Shown here: piece by piece, positions 1-12,284 of the stretch
Layout of the letters: each line of letters starts with the position of its first letter
Numbering within the stretch: position 1 is the stretch's first letter
Assembly (NCBI GenBank): GCA_052327205.1
Contig: CM126206.1
Span: 257,300,001-257,364,000 of the forward strand
Direction: 5' to 3'
DNA from: Somniosus microcephalus
Taxonomy: Eukaryota
Length of the DNA stretch: 64,000 nucleotides
Notes under the pieces: generated by a model
What the model saw: only the letters and a program-made list of their open reading frames with translations
What the model was told of the DNA's origin: nothing
The model's database searches: none
Program-made: the position numbers and the translations under genes

Positions 1-837
1 TTTCTGATTATGAAGTTCATCAGTGTCCTGTTAAAGGGACTTGCATGAAATTTTGCCAGAGCTGTCGATATAGTGAACATTGATGTGACTGGTGATGTGA
101 AAACTTATATCTTCCTTTCAGCTGAAAGGTAACCCGACATGTATTCAACAGGCATGGTGCTGAACCTAACGGCACAACACCTCCCTTCTCTTCCTAGGAC
201 TGATGACTTCTATTGGGAACACTGGCACCATTTCAGGTGTAACCCTCCACCGCCCGCCTATTCATTGCACAGCTGCTGAGTGTTTCAGGGTTTTTTTCCC
301 TCCCCATCTGCCGTTTACCGGCCTGTCTGTGTTGGAATATCACTGACACGCTGCCTGGTGTGCGGCATTTCTGCCATCAGTAACTGGGACTGCGGCTTTA
401 GTCCGGGTCCTGTCACAGGCCCAGCTGCCGTACTCAGTGAACGAAGCTTGGCTTGATCAGTCATTCCAAGGCTGACATGGCGGCTGCTTCCTACCCGGCC
501 CCAGCCCTACAAATCTCGTCTCCTCTCCCGGGATTCTCTTGTCAGATCGAGTCCCCGCTAATCCGGTTACGTGTCCATTTCCAGAGCTGCCCCAGCCCCA
601 GTGCCCGCCCAGTAATCGCTTACCAATGTCTTGCTGTGAGAGTGCAACAGGCCCCCAACCGGACATTGAACTCCCTGGTGCACGAGCTTGCGGCTGTGCC
701 GCTCGAACGGAAAAAGGCAATCACAGTAACGAACAACAGCGCACGCCCGACCCGCACCATCACAGCAACGGGTCCCAATCACATTACTTCACAGACACAC
801 TGGAAAGTCTCTACAGATCCCAGTTTGAGAACCACTG
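1..837. mobile_element. Right end of a probable hAT (Charlie-like) DNA transposon; left extent unknown
   Basis: CAGTTTGAGAACCACTG at 821-837 is the reverse complement of CAGTGGTTCTCAAACTG, a typical hAT-Charlie terminus. A GC-rich subterminal region precedes it. The partner TIR is not in the window. Confidence 0.45.
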
Positions 838-1140
838 CTCTAAATGACAGATGCAGTGTATGTAGGTGATGCAGTTATCACTTGCCTCTCTACCTTTGGA
901 GGCCTAGAGACACAAATGCCTTTAAGATGGCTTTTGAGACCAGTATCTCTTATATTTGACCGACCTAAACCTTGTGCACTTGCATGCAGCTTTGCACTGT
1001 TGCAATATCGGAAAGTAGTACAGCAGGATTTTATTCAGTAAGTGAAATTCCAGCACAGTATTTCATGGTTACTGCCAACTCAACAAAAGCATTTAAGCAG
1101 TGAAGACTGAAAGAATTTCAACATCTGTAGACTTGGTAGT

Positions 1141-1455
1141 GTTTCAGGTGAGACATTAAACCAAGGTCCTTTCTGCCCCCTCAGGTGGACGTAAAAGGTC
1201 CTATGGCACTATTTGAAGAAAAGAAGCAGCGGAGTTCTCCCAGTGTCATGGCCAATATTTATCCCTCAAACAGCTAATGACCAGATAATCTGATCATTAT
1301 CACGTTGCCGTTTGAGGGATCTTGCTGTGCGCAAATTGGCTACCACATTTTCTACATTACAACAGTGACTACACTTCAAAATTACTTCATTGGCTGTAAA
1401 GCGCTTTGGGGCATCCTGGGATTGTGAAAAGTACAAGTCTTTCCTCCTTTCTTTT
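1141..1455 (+). mobile_element. 5'-truncated Deu-domain SINE (SacSINE1-like)
   Basis: Body reads TGAGACATTAAACC...CTCAGGTGGACGTAAAAG...GGCACTATTTGAAGAA...TTGCTGTGCGCAAATTGGCT...GGCTGTAAAGCGCTTTGGG with a TCTTT tail. It matches many other copies in the window. Confidence 0.85.
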
Positions 1456-1497
1456 AGCTCCAAGTATTCATTTCACACTCAATTTGCTACCACCACA

Positions 1498-2055
1498 GTG
1501 TCAGCCATGGCTCAGTCGGTAGCGCGCCCACCAGAGTCAGAAGTTTGTGGGTTCAAGCCCCACTCCAGAGACTGGAGAACACAAAAATCTAGTACTGAGG
1601 GATTGCTGCACTGTCTAAGGTGCTATCTTTCGAATGAAACCTTAAATCGAAGCCCAGTCTGTCCCCTCAGGTACTATTTCAAAGAGCAGGAGAGTTATCC
1701 CCGGCGTCCTGGCCAATATTTATCCCTTAATCAACATCACTATTAAAAAAATCATCTGGTCATTATCACATTGCTGTTTGTGGGAGCTTGCTATGCGCAA
1801 ATTGGCTGCCACGTTTCCTAGACTACAACACTTCAAATGTACTTAATTGGCTGTAAAGCACTTTGGAATGTCCTGATCAATGTTCTCTCTAAGCTGCGTG
1901 ACCGCGTGCCTCTCTGCTGGTCCCGTGCAGCCCGGGACCGGCTTTTTCAATGTTAAATTTTGTGCATGCGCGAAACTGTGAATGGGCCGCACACAAAAAA
2001 AAGACAGGAACATTGGTCCCAAGGTCATGAAAAGGTGCTATATAAATGTCTTTTT
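1498..2055 (+). mobile_element. Near full-length SacSINE1-like Deu-SINE with tRNA-derived head, interrupted by a MITE
   Basis: A-box TGGCTCAGTCGG (~1508) and B-box GGTTCAAGCCC (~1550) are followed by the Deu body. The tail GCTATATAAATG resumes after the MITE. Confidence 0.85.
1878..2015 (+). mobile_element. hAT-type MITE (CAATGTTC...GGAACATTG family)
   Basis: TIRs are CAATGTTC / GGAACATTG, with degenerate 8-bp flanks GTCCTGAT / GTCCCAAG. The interior is nearly identical to 49686-49840. Confidence 0.75.
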
Positions 2056-5000
2056 CACCCAAGGAGAATATTGCGAATATAATAGACAATAACCAGCTTA
2101 ACCTTATTAGTAGCAGACTACATTTTGCCTACATGTGCACTGTCCTGGGTTGGAGTGGAGAAGTCCCAGAAACAGTCACTAAAGAAGCATCATTAAAAAC
2201 ATTGCTGGCTGTTCTGTTATTACAGCTTGAAATCAGAGTATGACAGCTGCTGGGGGCCATCAGGTATTTTAGGAAGACTTGTCATTTTTAAACAGCTTTT
2301 TTTTTTATATAAAGTGCATCAATAAAACTGTGCAATAACAAATCTCAAACAATTTATCCTCATCCCGAAGGGAGGAAAGATCAAGATGTTAACATTCTTC
2401 ACTGTATACGGTTGACCGTGTATGCAAATGTCTCCCCCAAAGGCTCTCTCTAGCCGACCAAAATCCAGACATTCAGCAAAAAAGAAATTGAAGTTGCTCC
2501 AAGATTCCTGTCCTGCAATACACAGACCATCATAATGATTTGAAAACACAAACACAAGGGCATATTCCATGGATGAGGTCAGTTCTTCTCCGTTGCTAGA
2601 GACAACAGTTTGATAAAATCCAGCACTACATAATATTCACTCAGGTTCAGACTTCCTAAATCAATGGAGATTTGATGCAAGAAATTAGGATCCAAATTTT
2701 CTGCACACTACATAAATACAGTAGAATGAATAATGGCTGTACTGTAAGTAGAGCCTGTGAATAGCTCCTCCTACCTCTGACAGTCAGACTGCATTGAAAT
2801 TTTGAACCGACTCACTCAAGACCCGGATCGATGATCACTTTCAGGACTGAACTAAGAGGAGTTTTGAGGACAGACAGCTGCCAAAGTTAGAGATGCACAT
2901 CAAGGTGGGCACATTTGCCTGTGAAAATCTAATGTATAGTGTATTTGCATTTGTCTAGAGTGCATAACTCAGCATGCAAACTGATGAAATGAGTACTTAA
3001 TGCCTCCAAGTGCTCCAGGTATTTGTGAAGGAGAGCAGATATCCTAATCTGTGCACTCTAACCTGACAACTGGACTTAGTCATTCACTTCTGATACTTCC
3101 TCCCCTTTCCTCATCAGGTTTCCAATGAAGAATTGTATGTGTTTAAGCCAGCAACTTAAAAACTTCCTGGGACGGGACACTGGAGGTGGGGTAACAAAAG
3201 CACTTAGGGAGACTAGGACAGCAGGTACAACTACAACTGGCATTTATGAAACACTTTTAACATAGTGCATATTCCAAGATGCTTCACAGAGGAGAAACTG
3301 ACAGCAAGCAACAACAGAATAATTAAATTAATGGCATGGGCCAGGAGGTAGGCTTTCAAGAAGGCTTTTCAAGATGGAGAGAGGGGCAGCATGCCAAGGG
3401 TTTTTTTTTTGTTTTTTTATTAAAGAGAGTTGGACAGTAGAGCAGAGGTGGCTAAAAGTGCACCAGGAGAGACTTTACAGCAACACACCCAATCTGAAGA
3501 AAACCGCGCTGAAGACTAGTTGAAGAGCCCATGAGCGGAGACTGATGCAGGCAACCTTCCTTGTGTGGATACTGGAATATAGGATTTCCCTTAATACATG
3601 GGAGACAAAAAATAAGTTTGTTCATCTCACTGCTGATCCTCATGTTTCTCACTAGAAAATAGGTGGTTTGCCTTCTGTCTGATTATATGGATTTTAATAC
3701 GAGTTCAGCTGACCTCTCAAAACCACGTTTATCTTGCATTGTGCCAGTCAGTAATGTCTCCCCGCCAGAGGTCTCCTTTCTCTTTCCTGCCCATCCGAAA
3801 CTCCAGGTCTTAATTAAACGCAAAGAGAAAAAAAAGCTAACTGTTGAATTATCATTCAGTGCCATCTGTCATGCTGATATGGATAGCCTGGGCAAAACCT
3901 GTAGCTGCTGCACCACAGCTCCCAGAATAGTCAGGCACAAGCTCATCCATAGATTAGCAATGTGAAGCCCAATTTCAAAATATCCTATTACAATCTGAAG
4001 TATTATCGAGGTCAGTAAACTCCCAAGTACAAGTGAGATAAATTTGGAATGTCAGATTAAAATACCCAATCAGGATCTATACAGCACAGTAATAAAATGA
4101 GAGCAGGTTTGTTACATTTTGGAGGGGTGCCTTGAGAGAAGTTTGAATTAAAAAAAGACTGATGAATAAAGTCCATGGTTGGACAACAATAGGATCAGGA
4201 TGAATGTTTTATCCCATTAACTGCTGGAAAAAGAGAGAAACATCTTAGCTCCCAATTCTCCCATAGCTAAATTCTCTCTGTATATTTTATTACATAATGA
4301 CAGGTTTAAATGCTGTCTTGACAAGATGACTAAATCCTTAGCTCTAGGCATTGAAACTGCTGCAGTCAGGGTCTGCAAGGATTTTTTTTAAACTCAAGAT
4401 GATCAAAAACATTTCCCGTACTCCCTCAAAACCCTTTCAGGGTCAACGACAATCTATACCTACACAGCACCCCACTGAGAGATGAGAGTTAGGTGGGTGG
4501 CAAGTACAGCTTGATTCCTTATTTTTGTACAATGAATTTACTACATTAGCACGTATTGAAAATCTTGCTTTGAACCAGGCTTTCATTGTGCTCATAAAAA
4601 TATCATTTACAATTTAAAAATCCAAAAGGCTTTTATTAGGTATTGTTAAATCTGGGTGTACAAATTGTACTCCTATTTTACAGATAACCAGATTTAACCC
4701 CCCCCCCCCACCTTCCTTTAATCAGGCTGCTATACAAGTCACTTCTCCTTGGAACTTTTCTACATTGCTAAATAACTTTTTCACTCTGTAAACTGGAATC
4801 CGAAAATATTCACTGTTGTTGCAGGGAAAGAGCTTTTGCACAGGATCAAAGTTTGAATACTTTGTACGCTCACCGTTAAGAACTTGAGCTGCAAAAGATC
4901 ATTTTGTGTCATTTCCTCAGTCTTTAAATCCTTAAAAGTCATTAAGAGAAAAATCTAATCCAGCTCCTCATTTGACTGATCAGCAAATTAGGAGTTTAGT

Positions 5001-5721
5001 CCAACTATCAATCACTGTCAGCAACATTTAATCTGCTCACACAATGCACAGCTGAAATCCATCAGTGGCCAGTGAGGAAGAGCAAGAACATGTGTGAGCA
5101 GGCTTTAATTAATATACAATCCCTCCAGTTTGTTTCACTGCAGGCCATTTAACATCCTCTGATAAAATCTTTCCTTTTGGAAAAATTTGGAGCCCTCAAT
5201 GCGTTCATCTATATGCAAATTTATCCTTTTATGGAACATACCTCAAGTATTTTTTAAAATTACATTTTTTTCAGAAAAGCAGAACAGCACCATAACATTT
5301 TGTTGTTTAGCAGATTTTAAGGCATCAGAGGCACTCTCTCCAGCGGATGGTTTGGAGAAAAGAGCCTATTTTGTAATTAGCTTGATCTACATATTCAAAT
5401 TGAATCGAATTACGCACAACCAATAAGCCCTCCAGTTTATGTTAAGAATTTGCTTTGAGCTACAGTAACCACCTTGTAATTAACTTAATCTGCATATGCA
5501 AATCCAGTTTAATTCACATATTTGAAGGTTATACATGAAGTATACCCACCATTCAAGTAGGAGGGCTGAAAAAGTATATGCATGTTACTACAGGTAGGGC
5601 ATAGCAGTGGGGTCAGCTCAACCTGGCGTGCTTGGACAGATATGGCGTGGTTGCATACAGCCATCACTGAGCTACTCCAGCAACTCCGGGGAGAAGATGC
5701 ATCCAAACAACTTTTCTATTT

Positions 5722-6190
5722 GAACATAGGAACAGGAGTAGGCCATTCGGCCCCTCAAGCCTGTTCCACCATTCACTTAGACCGTGGCTGATCTGTACCT
5801 CAACTCCATCTACAGGAAACTATTATCCGGCACCAACGGGACCGGCGTGGTGCCGGTTTATCAAAAAGTCCGGATTACAGAGCGATATAGTGAAAAGGTA
5901 CGAGAGCTCCGTACGCAGCAACAAATCCAGGCTTCCCTGTTGCTTAGCAACATGTGCAGGAACTCCGGCCACAGACCAAGCGTCCCTGTTGCTTAGCAAC
6001 AAGTGCACGAATCCCAGTTACACAGCCACAGATCTAGGAACTGCTACTAATATGAAATAAAACTTACCTGAACCTACTCCTGAATTTTGCCGGTGAACAG
6101 AAATTTCCGGTTATTTAGGTGCCGGTTAAAGAGAGTTTCCTGTACCTACCTTGGTTTCACAACCCTCAATACCCTTTGCCCAGCAAAAAG
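5722..6190 (-). mobile_element. CR1 LINE 3'-end fragment split by a MITE
   Basis: AACATAGGAACAGGAGTAGGCCATTCGGCCCCTCAAGCCTG is the same 3' end seen at 12411 and 62793. The sequence continues after 6144. Confidence 0.8.
5813..6142 (+). mobile_element. Tc1/mariner (Tigger/pogo-like) MITE
   Basis: TA|CAGGAAACT...AGTTTCCTG|TA: TIRs with a TA duplication (5811-5812, 6143-6144) and subterminal CCGG-rich motifs. A related copy lies at 58348-58690. Confidence 0.85.
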
Positions 6191-7169
6191 TTAAAATTAA
6201 TTATTTTTTCGCTGGTGAAATAAGATAGGAATGTGCATATACTTTGGGGGGGGGGGGGGGGGGGGGGCTAGGAAGGGAACGGTTGGAAAAGTGCACAATT
6301 GGGAAGAGTTGAGGAAGGGGTCATCAGAAAAACTGACGAGTTGAACCCTGGACCCTTCAATAATGTTGGCCTATCAGCATAGCTGGAGTCACTAACAAAG
6401 AAAAAGACTAAGAACAGATCATCAGGCACAAGCTTGCTCTTTTTTCATAGATAATCCACACTTAACTACGTTTCTCAATCCCTTCTCTTCCCAAAACACA
6501 CACATATTGAAATCATTTATTCGTCGTCCTCATTCTCTAAAGTGATTAAATGAATGAGGAAGAAAATGGAAAATTCACAAAGCCACTACACAACCATCGG
6601 AAGAGGACAAAGATGCAAATCTTGAGACTGGACAAGGTAGTTGACAGTCTCTCAAGAACATTTCCTCCAAAACTTGCTGTTTCCTCAGACTATCACTGCC
6701 ATGTCTCTCAGTCACTTAGTTTAATCCAGCTACATTTACAGGAGCTAAATACTTCAAATATTCTGCAATCTGCTTCTCACTGGCAGCTAGTAGCAAGCCC
6801 AAGTCAGTGGTCAAATGACCTCTAACCAGCCCCACCCAGTACACAATATAACTTGCCTCTCAATCTTCTAGCTTTAAAAAGATAAAAGCAATTCTAGTCC
6901 AATTACAACTGGAACCAAGATACAAAATCTGCACCATTAATTACCAACTTTGACCATGTTTCTTCTCTTGTGTAGAAGTACAATTTTGACCACTGCTTTT
7001 ATGATAATTTCAGATCAAGAACAGTATGCAGTCTTTGAAATGGCTTTCAAAAAATGTTCCAATTTAAAATTTATACAATTTTAAGTTGCTTAGGCTTGAG
7101 TTTTGAGCAATTTCATAAGGCAAGGTGAATATTCAAACAGTGGCAAGCTTCTGACAGCCAATGACCCCT

Positions 7170-7228
7170 TCCCGCGCACATACACACAAACATGCACCCT
7201 CCCGCGCACATACACACAAACATGCACC
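7170..7228 (+). repeat. Perfect 30-bp tandem duplication
   Basis: TCCCGCGCACATACACACAAACATGCACC occurs at 7170 and at 7200. Confidence 0.95.
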
Positions 7229-7334
7229 AAGTTAATAGTTACTTTTTTTAAAAAAAAGAGGCAGTTCACTAAATGTAATCTTCAAGCTCGCTTCACTGTG
7301 CGTGGTGCAATTTGAGTACAAGTGTAACAAACGG

Positions 7335-7555
7335 TTCCTGTTGAATTTGAATGTAGAACAAGGAGTAGTTGAGGCGAATAGTATAGGTGCATTTAAGCGG
7401 AAGCTAGATAAGTACATGAGGGAGAAAGGAATAGAAGGTTATGCTGATAAGAGTTAGAAGAAGTAGGGTGGGAGGTGGCTCGTGTGGAGCATAATCTCTG
7501 GTGTAGACCAGTTGGGCCGAATGGCCTGTTTCTGTACTGCAAGATCTATGTAATG
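7335..7555 (+). mobile_element. CR1 3'-end fragment
   Basis: GCATTTAAGCGGAAGCTAGATAAGTACATGAGGGAGAAAGGAATAGAAGG...GGGCCGAATGGCCTGTTTCTG, similar to 49440-49900. Confidence 0.8.
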
Positions 7556-7989
7556 TTTTCTTTACAATACTTGATTTTGGAACTCTGTCAAGCACAGAAT
7601 CCAAATTTTTGTAACCAGAATTCAGCAATTTCCTTGAACATCTAAACTATGGCCCCATCATAGCAATCTGGCCTTTAAAGCCTATGCAACTCAGTCACCT
7701 ATTTGTGCTCGATGTTTTGTTAGCTGATTTGCCCTGCTTGAATTCCATATACAAGGAGGAATTGACAGTCTATTCTTAGTGCTGTTGCCTCATTGGTAAG
7801 AAAGTCTTCATTCTGAACACCAAGATCTGTTAGTGACAGCAATTTGAGAAAGATGAAAATTAGTGGATTAAACTTTATATGGCCACCAAGTCTCTGTGGT
7901 ACACACCAGTAAGGCCCACAAAGACAAAGAATTTAGACAGCCCTGTTCTACAATAAAACCCTATTCCAAAGAATATTGGCGACATCTAG

Positions 7990-8625
7990 TGTAAAAGGTA
8001 CATCAACTATTAGAGAATTGTCAACAAAGGACTAAGCAAATGGATAAAGCCATAATAGCTAATGGTTTTATAGCAAGAGCTATAAAATATACAAATTGAG
8101 ATATAATGGTGGATCTATTAAAATCTTAGTAAGACCACAGTTGTGCAATTATAGGAAGGATGTTGAGACAATAGAAAGGGCCTGGTGTGAGAAACTAGAA
8201 ATACAAAGAAATGCTTGAAAAATAAGGGCGGTTTTCATTAAAAGAGCACATTACAGGGTGATTTGGTAATGGTGTTTAAAAATGATGGAGATGGGACAGA
8301 GTAGATGGAAACAGACAGTTCCAGTGATTTAAGGATCTTGAACAAGAGGACATAGAAATAAGATTAAATGAGAGATTTAGGATAGAGACCAGGAGAATTT
8401 TTTTTTTTTTTTTTTTAAAACACAGGTTTATAAAAGTTGTTGAATGCACTCTCAAAGAGTTAGTAATTGAAGCAGAAACTATGTCCATAGTTAAGACTAG
8501 GTTCAATAGGGTGAAGGAATAAAAGGGACACGGGAACAAAGCAGGCACACAGGATTAGGCAACTGCTGATACGGAGGATAAACACCAACATGGACTGCTT
8601 AGAAACAGATTGTTTCAGTGTTGTA
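7990..8625 (+). mobile_element. Old degenerate CR1 ORF2 C-terminus and 3' UTR
   Basis: Decayed 'KAN..LGFIAR.IEYK', 'LVRPQL' and 'SRTRGH' codons plus a CR1-like 3' end. Confidence 0.65.
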
Positions 8626-9474
8626 ATTTCAAAGTAAAAACCAACATGAATATCCTAATCTTTCATAACAAACAGCCATTCCTACCTGAGCCAAAGAATT
8701 CTAGCACTATTTCTCTATCCAATTGTGTTAGCATTTGAATAAACATCAAGTTTACAGGGCAACTGGACGACGCAAGGAGAGAAGGACATACTTGCATTTA
8801 TACAGCGCTTTTCACAGCTAATACAATACAAAATGAACTGTTGCGATGTTTTAACTTGGACATTACCGAATCTTCGTATCATCAGCGACATCATCCGAAA
8901 ACACAGCATCAGGTTCCCCATGTACGCTGACGACATCCAGCTCTAACTCACCACCACCTCTCTCGACCCTTCCACTGTCTCTAAATTGTCAGACTGCTTG
9001 TCCAACATCCAGTAATGGACAAGCAAAAATTTCCTCAACATTGGGAAGACCAAAGCCATTGTCTTCGGTCCCTGCTGCAAAGTCCGTTCCCCAGCCACCG
9101 ACTCCATCCCTCTCCCTGGCAACTGAGGCTGAACCGGACTGTTTACAACTTTGGTGTCGTATTTGACCCCGAGGTGAGCTTCCAACCACATATCCACTAC
9201 ATCACTAAGACTGTCTATTTCTACATCTGTAACATCGCCCGACTCTGCCCCTGCCTCAAGTCATCTGCTGCTGAAACCCTCATCCATGCCTTCATTAGCT
9301 CTAGACTTGACTATTCCAACGCACTCCTGGCCGGCCTCTCATCCTCCACCCTCTGTAAACTTGAGGTAATCCAAAACTCTGCTGCTCGTGTCTTAACACA
9401 CAAGTCAGGTTCACCCATCACCCCTGTGCTCGCTGACCTACACTGGCTCCCAGTTAAGCAATGCCTCAATTTTA

Positions 9475-10067
9475 GTGACCGCTTTGCGGAACACCTCCGT
9501 TCAGTCCGTAAGGGTGACCCCGAGCTTCCGGTCGCCTGTCATTTTAATTCACCGCTCCATTCCCACTCGGACCTCACTGTCCTTGGCCTCTTGCATTGTT
9601 CCACGGAAGCTCAACGTAAACTCGAGGAACAGCACCTCATCTTCCAATTAGGCACGTTGCAGCCTTCCGGACTCAATATCGAGTTCAACAATTTCAGATC
9701 ATAACCTCGGCCCCTATTACATTTTTACTTATTTTTTTTTCCACCCTTTTGTTTTGGGTCTTCCCTTTCCCCCACCCACCCCTTTCCTTTTTTTTCTCTC
9801 TCCCACATGGCAGCTGTCTCTCATCCTGCCAGTACACTTCACACCTAAACTGAGCCGTCTTTGTCTCCTCTGTCCTATTACCATCTCGTCTGGTTTTGAA
9901 TACCTCTTAATGTCTCTTTACTTCTTTTGTTCTATCGCAGCCTTGCCTTCGATCTATTTCATTTCCTTTCCAGTTTTGAAAAAGGGTTTCGACCCGAAAC
10001 GTCGACTCTATTTTCTCTCCACGGATGTTGCCTGGCCTGCTGAGTTTTTCCAGCATTTTCTGTTGTT
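9475..10067 (+). mobile_element. 5'-truncated Penelope-like element (family B): GIY-YIG C-terminal half, 3' UTR and pLTR with hammerhead
   Basis: 'DRFAEHLRSV...LPVACHFNS..HSHSDL...RKLEEQHLIFQLGTLQPSGLN' is a PLE endonuclease C-terminus. A hammerhead-like motif sits at 9972-10007. A second copy lies at 63749. Confidence 0.88.
9972..10007 (+). ncRNA. Minimal type I hammerhead ribozyme motif, U3/A8 core variant
   Basis: AGTT-TTGAAAA-A-GGGT(TTCG)ACCC-GAAA-CG-TC-GACT: stem I AGUU/GACU, stem II GGGU/ACCC, palindromic ACGU stem III and a GUC cleavage triplet. Confidence 0.65.
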
Positions 10068-10574
10068 ATTTAAAATTCTCATCCTCATTTTCAAATCCCT
10101 CCATTGCCACCCTATCTCCTTACTAGTCTGGAATACAAGCAAACTGTGAAATTTAAATATACTAACAGATCTCCTATGGCATTACTCAGAGACAGAGGGT
10201 ATGCTGTTTTATTATTATAGGGGTGTTGTTCCATGTAACACAAAATGCACAGATTTTTCTAGCTACATTCCTTTGCATTTGATTTGTACGTTCCATGCCT
10301 CTCCACTTCTGATTTGCTGTTGTTTTACTTCGAGCCAAAGTGTGACATGAAGGAAATGTGATGCTTATAGAAAGTGTATGCAGTACACAAAATATTGCAT
10401 ATATTCTTGAAATTCCAACACACACTCATTGTAATTACTGCAAGCACCCCAGGGAGTACCTTGCAAAATTCAGTAAACAGCTGCATCCATGTATGTTCTC
10501 CCCTTCCCCCACCCACCCCCCCCCCAAAAAAAAATGTTCCCCTCATCAATGTTTCTGCTTCCCTCCCTGGGTAT

Positions 10575-10900
10575 AGTACCACAGCGCTGCTCACCCTCCT
10601 GTACCTTACCCAAGTGGCCCTTATTCACGGAAGAGCCTGGGCAAAAAAAATCAGAAGCCTAAATGACTGTGGACTACATCACTGTCAAGCGAAGTCTTTG
10701 TCGGGCACTGGAATGTGTACTTCCAGTGTGGGTCACTGGACATTAGAGGTGGCTGATCTTCCCCTCCCTAACTCAAGAGTGCTGAAGCCCGCTGCAGCTC
10801 CCCCACTATCGCCAGACCGAGATGAGCTAATTTACCACAGACTGGTAATTGGACCTGGGAGGACCAAACCAGTCTGTGTGATTTTAGCTTCACTTGAGCC
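10575..10900 (-). mobile_element. Old unclassified SINE-like repeat fragment
   Basis: Reverse complement of the CCAGGTCC...AATTAGCT...GATC...CCACTTGGGTAAGGTAC family seen at 23640, 40480, 53275 and 59050. Confidence 0.55.
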
Positions 10901-12284
10901 AACAGGGGGACCTTGTAATGAATTACATAACAGGCAGTAGTTTTAAATGTGAAACTAACTCAATGGACATCAGCAAAAAATCCTGATAAACATGGTAAAC
11001 CAGATCAACAGCACTTAACTTGCAAATGCAGCAGCATGTGGTTTGTGCCACATAGCTATCTATAATAATATTTTTTAAACTATGTATTGACACATTTCCC
11101 GTCTGTCATGCTTCAGATGTCCATCACAGTCTAATGCAAATTTCTGTGTCACTTGAAAAAATGTATAAAGAAACAAAGGCAATCATTAGGAATGTCATGC
11201 TATCCAGCCTCATACTCAAGCCACATACTAGAGCCACAATGTCTCCATCCTCTTAATTGATCTATGTAGGAACAACCCAGTATTTATCAATTAGCCATTA
11301 AGGACAAATAACTACATATTAGCATAATAATGCATCGTGCTCCTGTCACTACAGGAGATTATAGAAACTGTAGGATCAAGCACTTATTTCTTGCCTATCA
11401 CACTAAGATTTGAGTGTCCACACTTCAACACAAAAAGGTATACAGAAACAAAGACAGTCATTTGACACAGGAGCCAGAATGTCTGTAACCTCAATGACGT
11501 TACAAATTACATTTGTTCTTTGGGGCAGGTGGAAGAAAAATCAGAAAGCAATGCAGGGCTGTGGCCTGCAACACTAATCCATGGTTTATTTAACAGCAAT
11601 TAGTGGCCTTAAAGAGACAGAAGTTCACCTTGACAGCAGAATATATAGTGCATTACATGATATAACATGGTGTTTATAAAAAAGGTACAGTGTACTGATG
11701 AGACCCTGATGAATGCCAAATTCTGCACAATACACCTCCCCCATATACATTCCAAAAAAACATACCAAGTCCACCAAAAACAAGTAGTAGACAACAACGG
11801 CTGGATCAAATGGAAATCAATAGAAACCTACCCTTAACTACTTGATTAGGCTTTTCTTGGCTGGTAAAATTTAAACTGCCCGTGCAGCCAAGTCCCCCAA
11901 CATTACAAAACTGCAATTTTTAAGCAACAAGCATCCATAAAGTGGGACTCCAGACATCAGGTATAGAAACTGTAAGTGATATATGAACTGGGATATCCTT
12001 TGATTTGCTAAAGTAACAAAAAAAGTGCTAAACCTAAATATTTGCCATTAAATAATAAAGTATGCTAGATACACCTCGTGGTAAAGGGGTATGCCAACTC
12101 TTTAGAAACAGTGAAGAATTATTAATGGAGACAGTGCTAATGGCAACATAAGCAAGTTGCAGCCAACAATCAGTTTTCCTAAAATTTGACCAAAAGCGAA
12201 AGCAACAGTGAGATGTTGAGCACTAATCTGATCCAAGAACAGGAAATTAGATCTTGAATGATTAATTGTAATCCAATAAAAATA

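Larger units (their letters stand above)
8885..10110 (+). mobile_element. L2 (CR1-superfamily) LINE RT fragment interrupted by a PLE fragment
   Basis: RT motif YADDIQL at ~8922-8943; 'LIHAFISSRLDYSNALLAG...IQNSAARVLT...ITPVLADLHWLPV'. The L2 frame resumes at ~10068 (FKILILIFKSLH). Confidence 0.9.

Noticed and set aside
453-869. Overlapping 70-138 aa ORFs in the GC-rich start of the window
   Set aside because: No recognisable domain. They are open on both strands because of GC content and lie next to a hAT-like terminus.
1498-1575. tRNA-like A/B boxes (also 34735, 41894, 55360-55430)
   Set aside because: These are SINE heads continuous with SINE bodies, not complete cloverleaf tRNA genes.
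2319-2570. 83-aa minus-strand ORF in unique sequence
   Set aside because: No convincing splice sites or known motif.
6245-6268. Poly-G tracts as functional G-quadruplexes (also 35464, 49556, 56020) and poly-T at 15229-15260
   Set aside because: Simple homopolymers that are common in such genomes and error-prone in length. Nothing indicates function.
10374-10940. 188-aa ORF
   Set aside because: It crosses a poly-C/poly-A tract and an antisense SINE-like repeat, and shows no homology that I can recognise.
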